Under the pieces are notes generated by a model, which had not been told where the DNA came from, made no database searches, and worked only from the letters and a program-made list of their open reading frames with translations. A DNA stretch of 61,765 nt, filler included, from Platydemus manokwari (Eukaryota), in the NCBI GenBank assembly GCA_037951405.1. It is 4 parts of 4 records of this genome, joined end to end, with 100 filler letters (N's around TTAATTAATTAA, not from the genome) between each part and the next. Parts side by side here need not be neighbours in the genome. Positions count along the whole stretch, not along the records: positions 31,836 to 48,513 come from JBBMOY011152548.1; positions 48,614 to 61,765 come from JBBMOY011821389.1; 2 more parts are not named here. One strand, written 5' to 3'. Numbering within the stretch: position 1 is the stretch's first letter; each line of letters starts with the position of its first letter. Below, piece by piece: positions 37,670 through 52,300 of this stretch. A program made the position numbers and the translations under genes.

Positions 37670-38880
37670 TCTTATTTCTGCGACCATTTCTGGAGCGCTA
37701 ATGTTATGAGGAGATACATTTATCGATTATTAAATATCCCTGACATTATGCTTCCATCAAGAAATGAAATATGGCTACAGTAAATCATACAAAAATTCAG
37801 TTGTGTTGCTGTCTAATGAAATTAATTTAGTTGAATTTACGCTATCCTATTAAATTGTATCGGTAAATAATAATTTTATTGAAACTGCCTTATTATAAGC
37901 CAAATAACATTTTCAGATATTATGTCGACTTACTACGGCATTAGCTATTAATAATTTATTATTTCTTTTGTCTATGGATTTCTGATATTTTTTGACAAAC
38001 CATGAAATGCTGCCTATGATAAATGATCAATAAATTGTTGTGAAGTAGAAAATAATATGAAGAAGTTATACTTGTAATCTTTTGAAAAACTTTTAAGTGT
38101 TTTGGAGCACAAATAAGATTTTATCGCATCTAAAATTCAGAGTTGAACTAGCAAAAATAAAAAGAAGTTTTTAAACTTATTTAATCCTCATCATGAAATG
38201 ACAATTTAATCCGACATGGAAAATTCCACTGATGCCAAATACATTCAATGAGACACAATCCGTGATGGATTACGAGAGCCAACAGTTGGCTGAAATTTTC
38301 TGAAATATTTAAGTCGATTTCTGATAATTAACTAACTATCAATTCATAAAAATCAATAAAAGCCAAAGAAGAAAAAAAATGAGTTTGGAAATGAAGTTTG
38401 AAAAATTCAATCCAACAAAGAATTAATACCAGGGAATTATTTTTCTCATCGGTAAATCAATTAATCTGTTGATTCACAATCAATGGACAATATCAAATTA
38501 GAAGGACCACTGAAGTGTTCAAGTATGGAATTTCACAATTAAGAAAATCATATTCGAATAAAAATTAAAAAAGTATTGAAGTATTAACCATGTTTTTCTT
38601 CATTTTTTTGTGACCATGATTAATCTATACATTGTTTCTCTCAGTAATGGTTTATTGATGAATAGCGGAAAAAGTTTCTTGTTTATATTCAATTCTTTTG
38701 GAAGAGTTTTTAATTTCTAATGATGTCATCATACAACATGAGATTTATTACTTTAAATGGTTAATGCAAGAGGTTCGATTGAACAGTTAAAATATTCTTT
38801 GGTGAAGTATTTCTCGCTTTATTAGATAGCGAAAATAACATGATTTTTTATCAAAAAACCGTATGACTGGAGAATCTTTT
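37670..38880 (+). mobile_element. Highly decayed hAT/ZBED-like transposase relic
   Basis: Frameshifted remnants in the expected order: ISAT..WS, (C)AA(H/Y), PT.WNST-like, KNRMTGE. Confidence 0.3.
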
Positions 38881-39024
38881 TAAAGACTTCCATCAAAATA
38901 TTATTACATTGAAAATAAGCAAAGATAGTATGAACAAAAATATGGTAACATTTGTTGGGTATTTATGCACAATAAATAAATGACTCTAATACAAGGTGTA
39001 TTAATCAATACAAAACTACAAAGT

Positions 39025-39375
39025 CTTAACCCAAATTTGGCTTTCAACTAGCAGTTGTCCATCTTAATTAATTATTCGTGATCTGTTTGCATTTCTGTGT
39101 CATGTTGTACCATATTTTGATTTGATATTGGTTTTTCTATGTTCTAATTGGATTTTTAAGATTTTACATGATTGGGATTGGCCAGTCCCTATATGTGTGC
39201 TTTGTGTAGCTATGCCACTTTTCTAATTGTAATTTAACATTTAGCTTCACTGTAATTAGCGGATTTCTATACCTGTATGGCTGTGTAGACATGCAAATGT
39301 TCAAAGTGCCAAAGCAAGGGTTCCAATGTGTATTTTTCGTTTTTCTTTTTGAAGAATTTCATTTCACTCAACACA
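39025..39375 (-). repeat. Dispersed 350-bp repeat copy
   Basis: Reverse complement contains ttggcactttgaacatttgcatgtctacacagccatacag...atcaaaat...acatgacacag...agttgaaagccaaattt, matching 9060-9340. Confidence 0.8.
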
Positions 39376-41329
39376 TCTAACGTCTGGAGTAATGTTAGTG
39401 CCAATTATAAAATTGAAAGATGGTGGAACTTTATAATAAAAGCGGACTAAGCAATTCATAAATTATGCTACAGCTGTCAGAGAGAATTTGCAAAATAGTG
39501 AGTGAAATTAAAAATAAATTATATATAATCTATTTTCTAGTATTTATTTATTTCCAGCAGAGTTGTAAATTCGTTAATGAATCCAAATCTTTTAATCTAG
39601 CACTTCAAATGATATTTATTTTCTTATTCTCCCAGTAGATACGAAAGAAAAGTTTCTGAAAAATTCTACAAGAATTTCACTTAATTATACTATCAAACAA
39701 TTAAATGCAATCCCGGTCCTGGGGAAACAAAATGATATGAAATATATTATTTATTTTGTTTTATTTTCCAATCACCTTTGAATTGTGTTTTTTTGCTTCA
39801 ATCAAATAAAGATAGAAAATCAATTCACCATAAATTATTGTTTTCTCACAAAATACCGATTTCAAAGAGAAGAAAAATACTATCTAATAAAAAGCAAACT
39901 CATTAGCTTTTGTTCTTGGAAAAATTTTCTTTGCAAAAAGGAAATAATTTATGTTTCCTGTTCAGTAAGACAAAGTAATTTACTCAAAAGGCAATTCGAT
40001 GAAAATGTCGTAAAAAAAATAATTTTAAATTGTTCCCAGACAGCTAAATTATCATTGGCTGATATTCATAAAATAATTAAAATGCCCTTCATCATACTTA
40101 AACAATGACGATATAATAATGATATGTTTAATTTTAACTTGTATGGCGGTGTTATCGATTGACAAAACGAAGAAAATGTAATTAACTAATGGTTTTAGTT
40201 CCGTATTAGTGATGAAAGTATCTTGAGAGAAATAAACTTTTATGTTTTTTACAAATAAATAAACCAAAAAATAAACGAATATTTTTGGATATTATATTTT
40301 ATAGAAAAAATATCGAAAGATTAAAAAAATATAAATGATAATTTGATATGGATTTCGAAAGGAAATTTGTGTTTTAATAAATTTTTTGAAGAGACTGTTT
40401 TCATTGTATATCGTATGAGACATTGATCAATTGATAGAAGAGATTTATGAACTGATGAATATCCAATAAAAATCAATTATGTAGAAAAGCTCCGTCTATA
40501 GAAATGAATTAACTATTGATTACCATCGGTAATGAAAAAAAATCGATCAACTTGTTTTTCAATCTAAAAATTATAATTAAATCATTTTAAAAAAACAGGA
40601 AATATCGAAAGTGGAAGACTAATTGATTTCTCTTTGGTTCAAAATCTTCAATGAAAATCGAGAATGGATCAATTCTTCGAATTGTTATCACATAACAAGT
40701 ATTAAATCATTGTGTTTATTACTGTATTTGAAAGATTGATGAAAATCGATTCTCTGTTTTTCATGAGATTTAATCGACGTAGAAATATGTTTTGAAAAAT
40801 ATTTCGGCAAATCTAATCAATTGTGGATCAGGAAATGAAGCGAATTTCGGATTTCGTTTGGTATGAAAGCTATTTGGAAAAATATATCAAAACCAAAACA
40901 AACTCTTAAACAAACAACAAACGTCGATTTTTCAATCGAGATATCCATAAACACGATCCCCAGATTTCGCATGAAAACATGACACTTTTCCACTGGGGTT
41001 ATCAGGATTTTTAATATTAAATAGTGCTTTTCTTATTAAAAAAACATACACTGCATGTTATTTATTTTATATTATTCTCATTATTTTAAACATTTTATAA
41101 GTAAATTTATTAATTTATTAATATTTTGTTTAAGTAGATTATTGAGAAAAATCTTCTCCATTTATATACAAGATTCTTCTTTCTAGCCACATGCATTTTT
41201 AGGAAAATTAAAACTTATAATAGAAAACTCCTCCTAGCCACCAGTTCTGTAAACCACCGTATTTTTCAAAATTATTTTCACTATTTATTTTTATTTTTAA
41301 CATGATAATGGTGTTTTGATATTAATTGT

Positions 41330-41970
41330 TTATGGTAAAACGAAAGTGTGTAAAATTAACTTTTGTTGAAAAAATTGTTATTGTGAAGTAAATTTAATCC
41401 TGCTTATTCAAACTACAGAATAGCAGAAGTTTTCTCAAGTAAATTTCAAGAAGAACTATCAATGATACATTAGAAGAAACAAGGCTTTTTGATTGAAAAT
41501 TCTGATCTTTTAAACAAAAGTTGACGGCAAATTCCGGTTTTAAAGTTTAATATTTTAGGCAAATAATTATCCGCATCAGTTGATAGACTTGAAAAAGAGA
41601 TGCTATCATTACGGATAATATGATAAAAGAAAAGGCAGTTCAAATAGCTGATTTTAATGGCATACAATATTTTAAATCCTCAAATGGGTGGTGAAGAAAT
41701 TTTAAGGGAAAAAATTTGTTCAATTTAAGAAATCTACACGGTGAATCACATACCATTTTCACCATACAGTCTGAAGATTTTTTTGAATGAACTTAAATCT
41801 AAAATAGAAGAAGAATATGGACCTGAAAAAGTTTATAATTCTGATGTAATAGCTATCTTTTACTAACCTATTACGTCTAAATCAGTGTGTAAAAATGTTA
41901 GGAATAACTATAAAATATTGAAAAATAGAATCTCTGTTTTGTTTTGCGTAAATATGAAAGGAAGTCGTAT
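41330..41970 (+). mobile_element. Tigger/pogo (CENP-B-like HTH + DDE) transposase pseudogene
   Basis: ITDNMIKEKAVQIA..GIQYFKSSNGW*RNFK...LHGES, then YGPEKVYNSD..AIFY...KNRISVLFCVNMKGS; stops and frameshifts present. Confidence 0.8.
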
Positions 41971-42959
41971 GTTAATAACAGAATAAATAGCTCGATAAAA
42001 TCAATAAATCATAATTATTATTACTGGATCACAAATCTCTGATCAAATTTCGCAATAAATGCAACAATGCAAAAAGATTAGCAAAATTGAAATGTTAAAT
42101 ATCGATTAATATTATGGCAAATAATCGGGTATAAATAGATTCTTTTAATTAACAATTATATTGTTTCGAGGTTGTATTTTAAAAGAATTATATGATTGTG
42201 CCCGTAAGAGATCTATTTGCTAAGTAGTTTAGAGATGGTTAGGTATAATGTTTCCATAACCACAGAATTGGTGAACTCTAGTTGATAACGTGTTCAAATT
42301 AGTTTTACTGATGTTTTTGCTAGGAGTTAGAAAAATTTTAGAAATTAGAATGGCAGTGATGTGTTTGAATTCGTTTGAATTGGAAATATTCTTCCTAAAT
42401 CAAAATAAATCAGAATAAAATAACAATATCATAATCAGTTTGGTAGACAGTTATTATATTAATAATAATTATTCTCAATTTTGCGTTCGGTTTTAATAAT
42501 CACTCGTGGGAACTTTAAATCCTATGTAGGTTCAGCAGAATTGATTTATTGAAATTAACCCGATCAGGCCATTGAGAGTTCAGTAAGATCGGTTTATTGA
42601 GAATTTCGATTTTGTAAACTTATCGATTCTCAGTTAACTCCGATAATATTCAGACCTCTTAACGTAAATTATTTTAAGGTCAATTTTATTTTGATATCGT
42701 CTTATTTTTATTATTTTTCTAATTTATTTTTTATCTTTAATTTATTTTTTATTTTATTCTTGGTATTTATCTTAACATTTTTGTCCAATAATTTTTAAGG
42801 TTTCTATATTTTGTAACTTGTTTATTTCATTTTTATTTTTGTATGTTATTATTCCTATTTTAAGTAAAAATTATTCTGTTTCTATTATTATGATTGCAAT
42901 TATAAAATTCCATGATTAGCCACGAAATAAATTTATTATTTTTTTATTATAAGGATTGT

Positions 42960-43916
42960 AGCCAGCATTACAAATATTATACAAACATGTCGATGACTGT
43001 CCGAAATAACCAAACCATCATAGGTAACCAAATTTAAAACAATGCCAAAAATCTCGCAATATCGATTTTATATGTGATTGCATTGAAATAATATGAATAT
43101 CATGGTCATTCCAGCAAATTCTTCGACAAAATATTCTTCGACAAAATATTCTTCGACAACAAGTACAACATTTTTTTGTTATAACTGCAATTCTATATAT
43201 TAATGAGCAAATATTGTAGTTCGGAAAATATAGCAATGGTGCCGTATTCAAACATGACGGGTAAATTCTAATGCAGAGAGATGAACTAAAAATTATTACA
43301 AGAATTCCTCTCTTCTAGTTTGCAATTATCAATTTTTTGGTTTTGTTCTAGCATAGGATAATATAATATAAAATAGATTTAGACTTATGCTTCAGTATGA
43401 TTTGTATAAGATGATAAAAGTCAGGAAAAGACGATACAATTGGGTACTGCAAAGTGCAGAATAAATAATAATAATAATATAATCGATATTTCAATATAAG
43501 TCTTCAATTCTAATTATTAAAAGGACATTTAATTATTTATCGAACACTTTCATTCATATTAGAAATTTTGACTTTTGTAATAGGATAAACACAATATTTC
43601 AATATCTAAAACATAAAAATCGATTAACTAAAACAAAATTATCTCTTTAAAATAAAATTTAAGTGTATAAAACAAGAAATGAATTGTTTATGGTTCTGAG
43701 AATGTTTTGATCAATACATCTGTGACTTGAATTTGCATAAAATTGTGCTCTATCAATATTATTCAAACTCGACTCTATTGTTCTGGATTCATAATCGTTT
43801 AAACTAATGATTTTCTTTTCTTGTAAGGAGAAAAGCAAATCACAAATTAAAAAGTAGATAATTCCAAAAGAAAATTTACTGCTGCAGAGTGTTAAAGCTT
43901 GAATTGAGCAGTCCAT
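42960..43916 (-). CDS. Fragmented multi-exon coding region of unknown function (possibly downstream exons of the RCC1-repeat gene)
   Basis: Minus-strand ORF pieces bounded by GT/AG sites; no consistent model could be built. Confidence 0.3.
43118..43159. repeat. 15-bp tandem repeat (attcttcgacaaaat x ~2.8)
   Basis: Direct sequence. Confidence 0.85.
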
Positions 43917-44084
43917 AATTAATAATTTTATAATGAAAAATTTTAATTATAATTTCTAAGAGTTTTTGGCGTTTCAAAGAAATCAAAGGTTGCAATCTAT
44001 ATTTCTCAACAACAGATTAATCTGTACCTACCCGAAACAACTCTAAACTCTAAGCAAAATATTTCAGAATCAATAATATACAAC

Positions 44085-44430
44085 AACCTCCAAATTGGCT
44101 TCCATTTGAAAATTGAACATCTTTATATTAGTATTTGTACTTGAGATTTGTGTGTATTTTTTGTGTCGCGTTTTCATCTTTTATTTCTCAGGTTCTAATG
44201 GGATTTATTGATTTTTTGAATTCCGTATTGGTCAATCATTATGTGTATTTTAGTCACTGAGTGGCTACGTTCCTGTTTCGAATTAAAATTTTTCATTCAA
44301 GTCAACTGTGATTGATCAGTGGTTATGTCTGTATGATTGTGTAGGTATGCAAAAGCTTAAAGTGCTAAAATTGGGGTCTCAAGATGCTGAGTCGTTTATC
44401 TTTTGACAGATTTCATCTCTACTCAACAGA
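44085..44430 (-). repeat. Dispersed 350-bp repeat copy
   Basis: Reverse complement gagtagagatgaaatct...tagcactttaagcttttgcatacctacacaatcatacag...atcaatcacagttgact matches 9005-9130. Confidence 0.8.
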
Positions 44431-45263
44431 ATGAATAAAACCCACATAAAATCATATGTTTGTCACAATGCATTGATTTAACAAATCAATGAGGTGTCCT
44501 TGCTGCATTCTTCACCGCATAATTTTTGGCACTAAAAAAAATCATTTTGCATCCTTCATGATTCACTGTGAATGTCTCACTGTTTATGATGCCAATAAAA
44601 TGATTTAATATAAATGACAACATATACTTTTTATTTTTATAAATAATCGATTATTTTTATTATAAAATTTTACAAATTAAAATTTCCATATTTTATATCG
44701 ATTTAATTATAAAAATATCACATATTGATTATTAGGTAACCTGAAATTGTTAAAATTTTATATACATCAACATTCCCAATGTTAGCTCATATCAATCTTT
44801 CAATTTTTACTGATTCAACTCCGACAAATTTCATCACATTTGATGTACTGGCAATGTATGGAATTTCAATGTATGACCTAAAATTTTAATTTTTTCACAA
44901 AAAATTTGACAAATCACTTTACACCAATTAAATTAATAATTTATTTCAAATTACTGGTTGATATTCGACTGGTTTTTGGTCAAGACCTAGGATTCAAAAA
45001 TACTCATTATCATGCGGAATTAAACTTTAAGATCGGTCATACGTATCGGTTGAGTTTATCATTGAAGATTTCGGTTTTAAAATCGTTTAGTTAGCAAATG
45101 AAAATCAGAATTCATTGAGAATGGATGCAAATATATTGAGAACATAAAGAGCATATCATATAATTAACTATATTTCTGATATTGTAAAGCTTCTCAGAGA
45201 ATAATCTAAAATTGAAGTTACTAGTGCCTTCATAGTCATAGTAAATCAACTGAGGAAAACCAA

Positions 45264-45266
<3 letters not shown>

Positions 45267-45312
<46 letters not shown>

Positions 45313-45330
45313 TTAATAATAATAATATCT
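45267..45330. repeat. (TAA)n microsatellite
   Basis: Direct sequence. Confidence 0.9.
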
Positions 45331-45404
45331 TATTAATAATATTATGCTCAATAACAAATATTAAAAAAAATTCAAATCTTAATTATTACAAATCGAATTT
45401 CAAC

Positions 45405-45781
45405 TTTATCCTTGTTTGATTTGGATTTCAAACAGTTATGAGAAATTATTAATCTCTCTAATTTTCCTGATTTCATTATCTTTCCTAGTCTGAATAAAAT
45501 TACTTTGTGATTAATTTGGAATATAATCATACTGGTTGAAATTATTATTTCCCCAACCGTACACTTCACCATTGTCTATAAATACTTAATTTCGATATTT
45601 GATAAGTAAATTTAAAACTTGTTAAGATCATTGAATGACTAGAACCACATGCCACCGATTTGATAGCTTCATCGATTGAAAATTTATTTGAGTATCCGAA
45701 TTCCCGAGATATTACTTTTTTAACATCAATTAAGCATTGTCCGTGATGGTTATTACCCCAAGCAAATAACGCACTTTTCAT
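45405..45781 (-). CDS. RCC1-repeat protein, 5' exons (HERC/RCC1-domain family); 3' extent unresolved
   Basis: Exons 45781-45619, 45575-45533, 45489-45405: LFAWGNNHHGQC...IKSVACGSSHSMILTNNGEVYGWGNNNFNQLG, canonical RCC1 blades. Confidence 0.8.
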
Positions 45782-46504
45782 CTTCTCAATTAAATATAAA
45801 CTTAACCTTCCAAAATGTAAAGAGTGCATTTAAACACAACATTGGTTGCATAATAATTATACTGTATTTTAAAATTTTAACTTTATTGATTTTATTTTTT
45901 CTGAATATATAACTGGTAATTTGATGTTTTATTTCAGTAATTAATAATCTGTGTTTAATTTATTTTGTCACTTCAAGAGACACAAAATGATAAATATTAA
46001 ACATTTCGGTATTTGAAAATATATTTTAATGTTTCCTTTAATATTTCAAAACTTTATTCTATCACCAATATCTGATGAGAACATTTATGGATTATTTTAA
46101 TGCGTATTTTACTTTTTAATTTAAAAAATGAATTCTAGAATTTTTGAATATAGAATTTGAATTGAGTATTAAAACTGGAATTTAAAAGTTGCATGAAGGT
46201 ACTGTAGTTAGCTAATTACAAGAAAACATTCTAAGCTTTTCTAATTTCTGATCATCACTTTGTCACTGTAGAATATAGTTAATGTTTAAGGAGTTTAATT
46301 TCTTGCATTTTACATCTGATTGGGGAGAAAATAACGACGTATTAAATAATGAAAAGTTACTTGTTGTTATTAATCATGAGCGTACATAGAATATGTTGAT
46401 TAATCACGAAATACAATTATAAAAGTACTTAAAATAATTATTGTTGGAACATTTATTTCGTCGAATAATAACAATAATATTGTTGAGTAAAGATGAAATC
46501 TCAC

Positions 46505-46690
46505 AAAAATCTCAATCTCACTTTGCACCTTGGATCTCTTATTTTAGCATTAAGTATTTGCATTCCTGCACAACGATATAGGCATAACAACCAACCAATC
46601 ATAGCTGACTTAAATGGAAAATTATAATTCGAAAAATGGACATGACCACACAGCCATATACACATAGGGATTGACAAAATCAATAAATTC
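46505..46690 (+). repeat. Dispersed 350-bp repeat copy (partial)
   Basis: ttagcattaagtatttgcattcctgcacaacgatatag...caaccaatcatagctgactta matches 9060-9130. Confidence 0.75.
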
Positions 46691-48441
46691 AATTTGAACT
46701 TGGAAAGTAAAAAATCAAATCAAAACGGGTTGCAAAGGTGATAAAAATTTTTACACAAATCTCAAGTATAAATACTTATGTGAAGGTGCCCGTTGCTAGC
46801 CAGAAGTAAAGTTTTATGTTGATTCTTTATGTTAAAAATTTATCGATTTTTTAGTTATTCTAGTACTATTATAGTACTTTCCAGTAAAATACAGATTGAA
46901 ACCTTCGATTCTTTTGGAATAAAACAATATTAAAAAACGGGTCTATAGAAACGTTATCAAAACAAAATTAAAGCACCTGGTTTAGCAGCTAGTTAACCAA
47001 TGGAAGTAGTGATATATTTGTTACAGTAATTAAAAATTGAATTAGACTAAGAATTAACTAATCAAAATCTGCACAGGCATCTTTTGTTTTAATGATTAAT
47101 TAAATATGTCTTTCACCTTAAAAGCCACTTTTTATTATACAGTTAATTTTTGTTTAAATCCTTGAAAGTATATAAAATTTTAATCGCACTCCTAAATGTT
47201 TGTGAAATATCTTTGCTCGAAAAGACGTGTTAGATATAAGCCCATGGAGACAACATACATAGATATATAAATATACACATATATAAATAATGTATAAATA
47301 AAAATATAAAATGTGGGCGTAAAAAAGATGAAATACAAAAACTCAAAATTAAAGAAACTATAAAGGCAAATAGCTCAGAACAGAAGGCACACAAAATTTT
47401 TCAATACAATAACTATTCAATTTCCTCTACCATTTCGATATATGTGCTCATAAGCACCAGATTCAGGATCATTCAAATTATCTCTATGATCGTAAGCATA
47501 ATTTACAGAATTATAATTCGCATTCAAATTAATTATTCGCCAACGATTTTATTGTTCAATTGATTTTCAAACATGTTAAAAAATGATTAATGACATTATT
47601 TTCAACATTTTTGCATCAATTTCCGGTAGGAAATTCGTTGTAAAATATTATCATACTACCTTACTGAGTAGTTCATCGATACATTGTTGTTCGATCAATC
47701 TTTATCTAAAACTTTACTTTTTCGATAATTATTAACAACATCACCATCAATAAAATCAGTCTTACTATGATTGTAATTATTATGAAACGATTTAAATTGA
47801 ATTTCTACCTAAATGAGAACACAAAATTTCAACAATTATTTATTCAAATATTCTACACTAAAAGTATGAGCAAACTAATAACAAACTGAATGGACCCAAA
47901 CTGTTTATTTAACAAAAAGGAGAAGGCTACCATACAGATATCTTAAGAGGCGGTTTTATGAAATCGGTTTTTAAATAGAATTGATTGTTAAATATAACTT
48001 ATAAATATTAAATATAAATATAAATATAAATATTAACTTATATTTAAAATACATGTACTAACATTTCAAATTCAAGAAGATATCCATAATTTCTTTCATA
48101 GACCAAAAATCTCCAAATTTGTAAGGAACTTCCAATTTCTCGATGTCGATTTATTCTTCAAAATGTATTCACTAAAATTTACCAGTTCACAATGTCGATA
48201 TATTCTCTAAGATTTGTTCTTTAGTTTATGCTTTCGGTGTCCTTTTCTGACTGACGTTTTCAATTTATACCGTTTCTGATAGTCACAAATCATCATGTTT
48301 GTTTTTATTGGTTGATATTTATTTTGTTGTAATTATTCGAATTTTAATTATTAGTCACTCTATTCCTAGCACACTATTTTGAATCGATAATTCCTTATAG
48401 TGATTTTTCTAAAATAATCATGATTATCTGACTTAGTAATT

Positions 48442-48513
48442 TATTAGGTTGTCCCATATGAAATGTCCGATTTTCATGCACATATTTGAAGAAGCATAAC
48501 TCATAAGAAAATA
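48442..48513 (+). mobile_element. Possible mariner-type TIR at the contig end
   Basis: TA followed by TTAGGTTGTCCCATATGAAATGTCCGATTT, resembling TTAGGTTG-starting mariner TIRs; the contig breaks ~70 nt later. No partner TIR is visible. Confidence 0.4.
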
Positions 48514-48613
48514 NNNNNNNNNNNNNNNNNNNNNNNNNNNNNNNNNNNNNNNNNNNNTTAATTAATTAANNNNNNNNNNNNNNNNNNNNNNNNNNNNNNN
48601 NNNNNNNNNNNNN
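48514..48613. other. Artificial contig spacer
   Basis: N44-TTAATTAATTAA-N44. Confidence 0.95.
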
Positions 48614-49290
48614 GATAAATTTAATTATTAATTTCATTAATAAATTATTTTTACATATTTAATTAATTTGTTAATTTAAATTATTTTGATTAAAATATAA
48701 TTAATTAATTTAATTCTCAAATATGATTATTTTCATATTTTACTAATGAAATTTAATTAATTGATTCATTTAATTTTTATTCGTTTGATTTATTTTATTT
48801 AATCTTTATTAAATGAGTTTATTAATTTTCTCTTTTATAATGTAATTAATCCAGTTAATTTATTAATTAACTCAATGATTTTTTTATTAATTAATTAGGT
48901 AAAAATAATTAATATTAATGTTTTATTTGAATAAATTAATTTTAATATTTAATTAATTTATTAAAAGTAATTATTTTTCATTTTATTTTTTTAAATAATT
49001 GTTTTTTCACTTTTTTAAATTTTATAATAAATTTCATTGAATTTGATTAACAATCCTTAAATTAATTTATAATTTGATAAATTTAATTATTAATTTAATT
49101 AGTTAATTATTTTTACATATTTAATTAATTTGATTAATTAAATTTATTGTATTTGATTAATATGATCAATTTTTTTTTATTTTTTGATTAATTTTATACA
49201 TTTTTATTAATTTTCTTTCGTTTTATTTTTAATAAATTTCATTTAATTTAAATTATGGTTTATTAATTATTATTTTTAATTAATTAGTTT
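48614..49290. repeat. Extremely AT-rich low-complexity intronic tract with an internal duplication (offset 462 nt)
   Basis: gataaatttaattattaattt...atttttacatatttaattaatttg occurs at 48614 and 49076. Confidence 0.7.
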
Positions 49291-49330
49291 TCCATTGTAA
49301 TTAACTTGATTCTATCATATCATTGTTCAG

Positions 49331-52300
49331 ATATCAGTGAAATATTCAGCATTGGAACGAACAAGAATATTATTTCCACTGCCATTCCATTTGAAATGGA
49401 GACGTGGATATTGTGGACCATGAAAAATGTTCATCATTGTTCCACACATCCATATAAACGATATCAAGATTTGTTTAATGTTGGTTTCACCTTAATCCAT
49501 TCATTAATCATCAATAAATATTCCCATATTTCATTCAGAAACGATTTTTCGCCACACCAGAAAGTCAAAATTTGCGACCGTTTTTGATTCGATTCATCAT
49601 TCGAGTCTTCTATCCTGATAATGAAATGATCGGTTCAACATTGATCTCAAGATGGGCTACGATTTCCTGGTTAATTGTTCAAGCATCAGTAATGATTAAA
49701 CACTCATTTACCATGTTTTGATTTTATAATTATTATTATCATATCATTATAGTCACCAACAGTTGTTGCTAATTGTAAATTGGCTCTCATTTACGACTGG
49801 TTATTTTATGATAACAAATGTGATTGTATCATGGATATCGGTAGGTTTAGAGCTCTTTTATTTTATCTCTAACTCATTAATTCATTTCTTTACAATTTTT
49901 TTCAATTAAATATCATATATAATTATCTATTATTCATTTAATAATTAATTCGTGACATTTGTTGATCCTTTTCAATTGGTTAATTTATTGAAATTATTCA
50001 TTTAATAATTATTTTGTTTTAATCGATAAATTATATTATTTATTTATTAATTACATTCCATTATAAAATTATATTGTTAAAATGTAGCTTTTTTAATTGT
50101 GATAATGTCATTGTAATTCATTGATTGATTTCCTGTTAATTATTAAAGGGTGAATCTCAATTTAATTAATTCATATTATCCTTTGAAATACTGTTATAAT
50201 CATAGCTTTTAATTTCACTATTAATTATTATAATTAATGCTATTATACATATAAAATATTCTGGAGGCAGCATTAAAACAAACGTGATTCTAGTAATTAA
50301 TTTCAAAACTCGACAGCTCCAGTCTAATGACATAATTAAATGAATTATTTGTTTTTTCATTGAAACTGAAAGAAAAAAAAACTAAATGAAAACAAAAGTG
50401 ATTTGAAAATACACGCATTCACTCATTCGTGCATTAATTTTTGATTCTTGTTTACCATTGTTATCAGACATCCTTTAAAATTGAATTCTTTTTTTTTTGA
50501 AATTTGTTATTTATATCATGCTGTAGTAGTACATTGGTGTCCTGATTTTTGAAATTTAATTATCAACATTTTAATAGTGCTTCGGAATCCTTTCAATTTT
50601 CCAGGCTCAATCTCACATCATTTTCGCCAAGTTTCGTCCTGTACTCAGGTCTTATGCTTATGATCATTATTATTTATTAACATTAATTTAAAAATTATTT
50701 TTCATATTCTAAAAATAGTCTCAAAAATAATTTTATATCATATTCTTGATTGACTGTAATTTAAAATTAATCAGACTTAAAAGTCTTGAATTTATGCTTA
50801 GTTTCATTACCAATAATATAACAAGAATGTTTAGCTATTGTACCAGAGACGCTTACTATAACACAAATATATAATCATAACAACCTTTTATGAATAAATT
50901 CTAAATGTTGATTCTTTATATAATTTATGTTCTTTATTTATATTTCTTCATTATAGACAGATATCTAATGTTTTATAGTTATTTCAATAATTTTCAACTT
51001 GTATTATGAACAATGTACCACTGATAGCGGGTATCGCCCCTTTTCTGTATCCTTTCATTTATAAAATACAAATTTAACGTTAATATATTTCATTGGTTTG
51101 TTAATTAAAAATATAATATAATCCTCATTAATTAGACTTTTATGTAACAATTGCAATTTATTTTACATTGATATTCTTTCAGAACCAGCAATTCTCGCCA
51201 TAATGCATAACCTAACAAAATATTCCAACGTGTCCATCACTCTTGTTGATTTTCTTGTCAAGGTGGATTTTGTTTGTGTTGGAAAGCAGCTTTAATTTCA
51301 ATTTTTTTCTCCAGACGTCTAACCTGTATTTTCCTTTGATGAGAGAGCGCATCATAAATAGTGTCCGTTTTGGACTGAGTGAAGCATTTAGAGTAAACGT
51401 TTTCAGGTCTCTCGGTCCTTTGAATGACGTTTTACGACATCATCCGGAACTACACAAACAGTTTGCCGAACTCATCGGTGATAATTCCGTTAGTAATCCT
51501 ATTCCACAAATACCACCAAACACTATGGTTGTCACTCCGAAGGCACCGGATAATGGTAATTGCGCAATATTTTTATTCTAAAAATTTCTATTTCATATTT
51601 ATCATTAACAATAATACATTTGTTACATAATCAAAACAAAGCGTAATATTAAAATCCATGTCATGTGCACAATACAAGCTTAAATTTGATCAAGTTGATC
51701 ACACAACAATTCTAATATAAGCTAAACAATTGATATTCTGCAGATGTGTGAACTTTTTATAATAAATAAAGCTTGCACAATGAAACAGTAGAAATGATTT
51801 ACCAACGGTTGTGCAATCAGCGGAACTATTTGCAAATGGCTGAACTCAAGATATTCTTTAGATTGGTTTAATGTTTTTATATTATTAGCGCTCAATGTTT
51901 ATGTCTAATCGAAATTTGGCATTGTCTAATAGTGCAAGGCCTTTAACCATCAAATGATGAATTGCACTATTAAATAGTTTTGATGAAATCCTTTTATATT
52001 GTGGTAATTGTTACATTGTAGATAAGAATCAATGGCGACACTGTTGGTCAACTAAAAATAGATATATTTATGATTTTTCTTAACTGATCTGAGCCAATCA
52101 ATTAATAAAGATTCTGAATAATGATATTTATTTTTAAAATATTCGAGGCAAAGGAAATGAGCTTGACGATTTAAGAATGACCAATGTGATATCAATTCAA
52201 GCATTCTCCTTATCTATAAATGATAATATAACCACATTGGTAGCCTTATGATTGAACCATTGTCATTTCCAACTGACGGTTCATTGTCTGACTGCTCATT

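Noticed and set aside
43018-43251. Cys/Arg-rich peptide (CRRIF repeats)
   Set aside because: Arises from a 15-bp tandem repeat; the true reading frame is undetermined.
46501-46692. 63-aa ORF
   Set aside because: Lies within the dispersed repeat, and the frame is not conserved in other copies.
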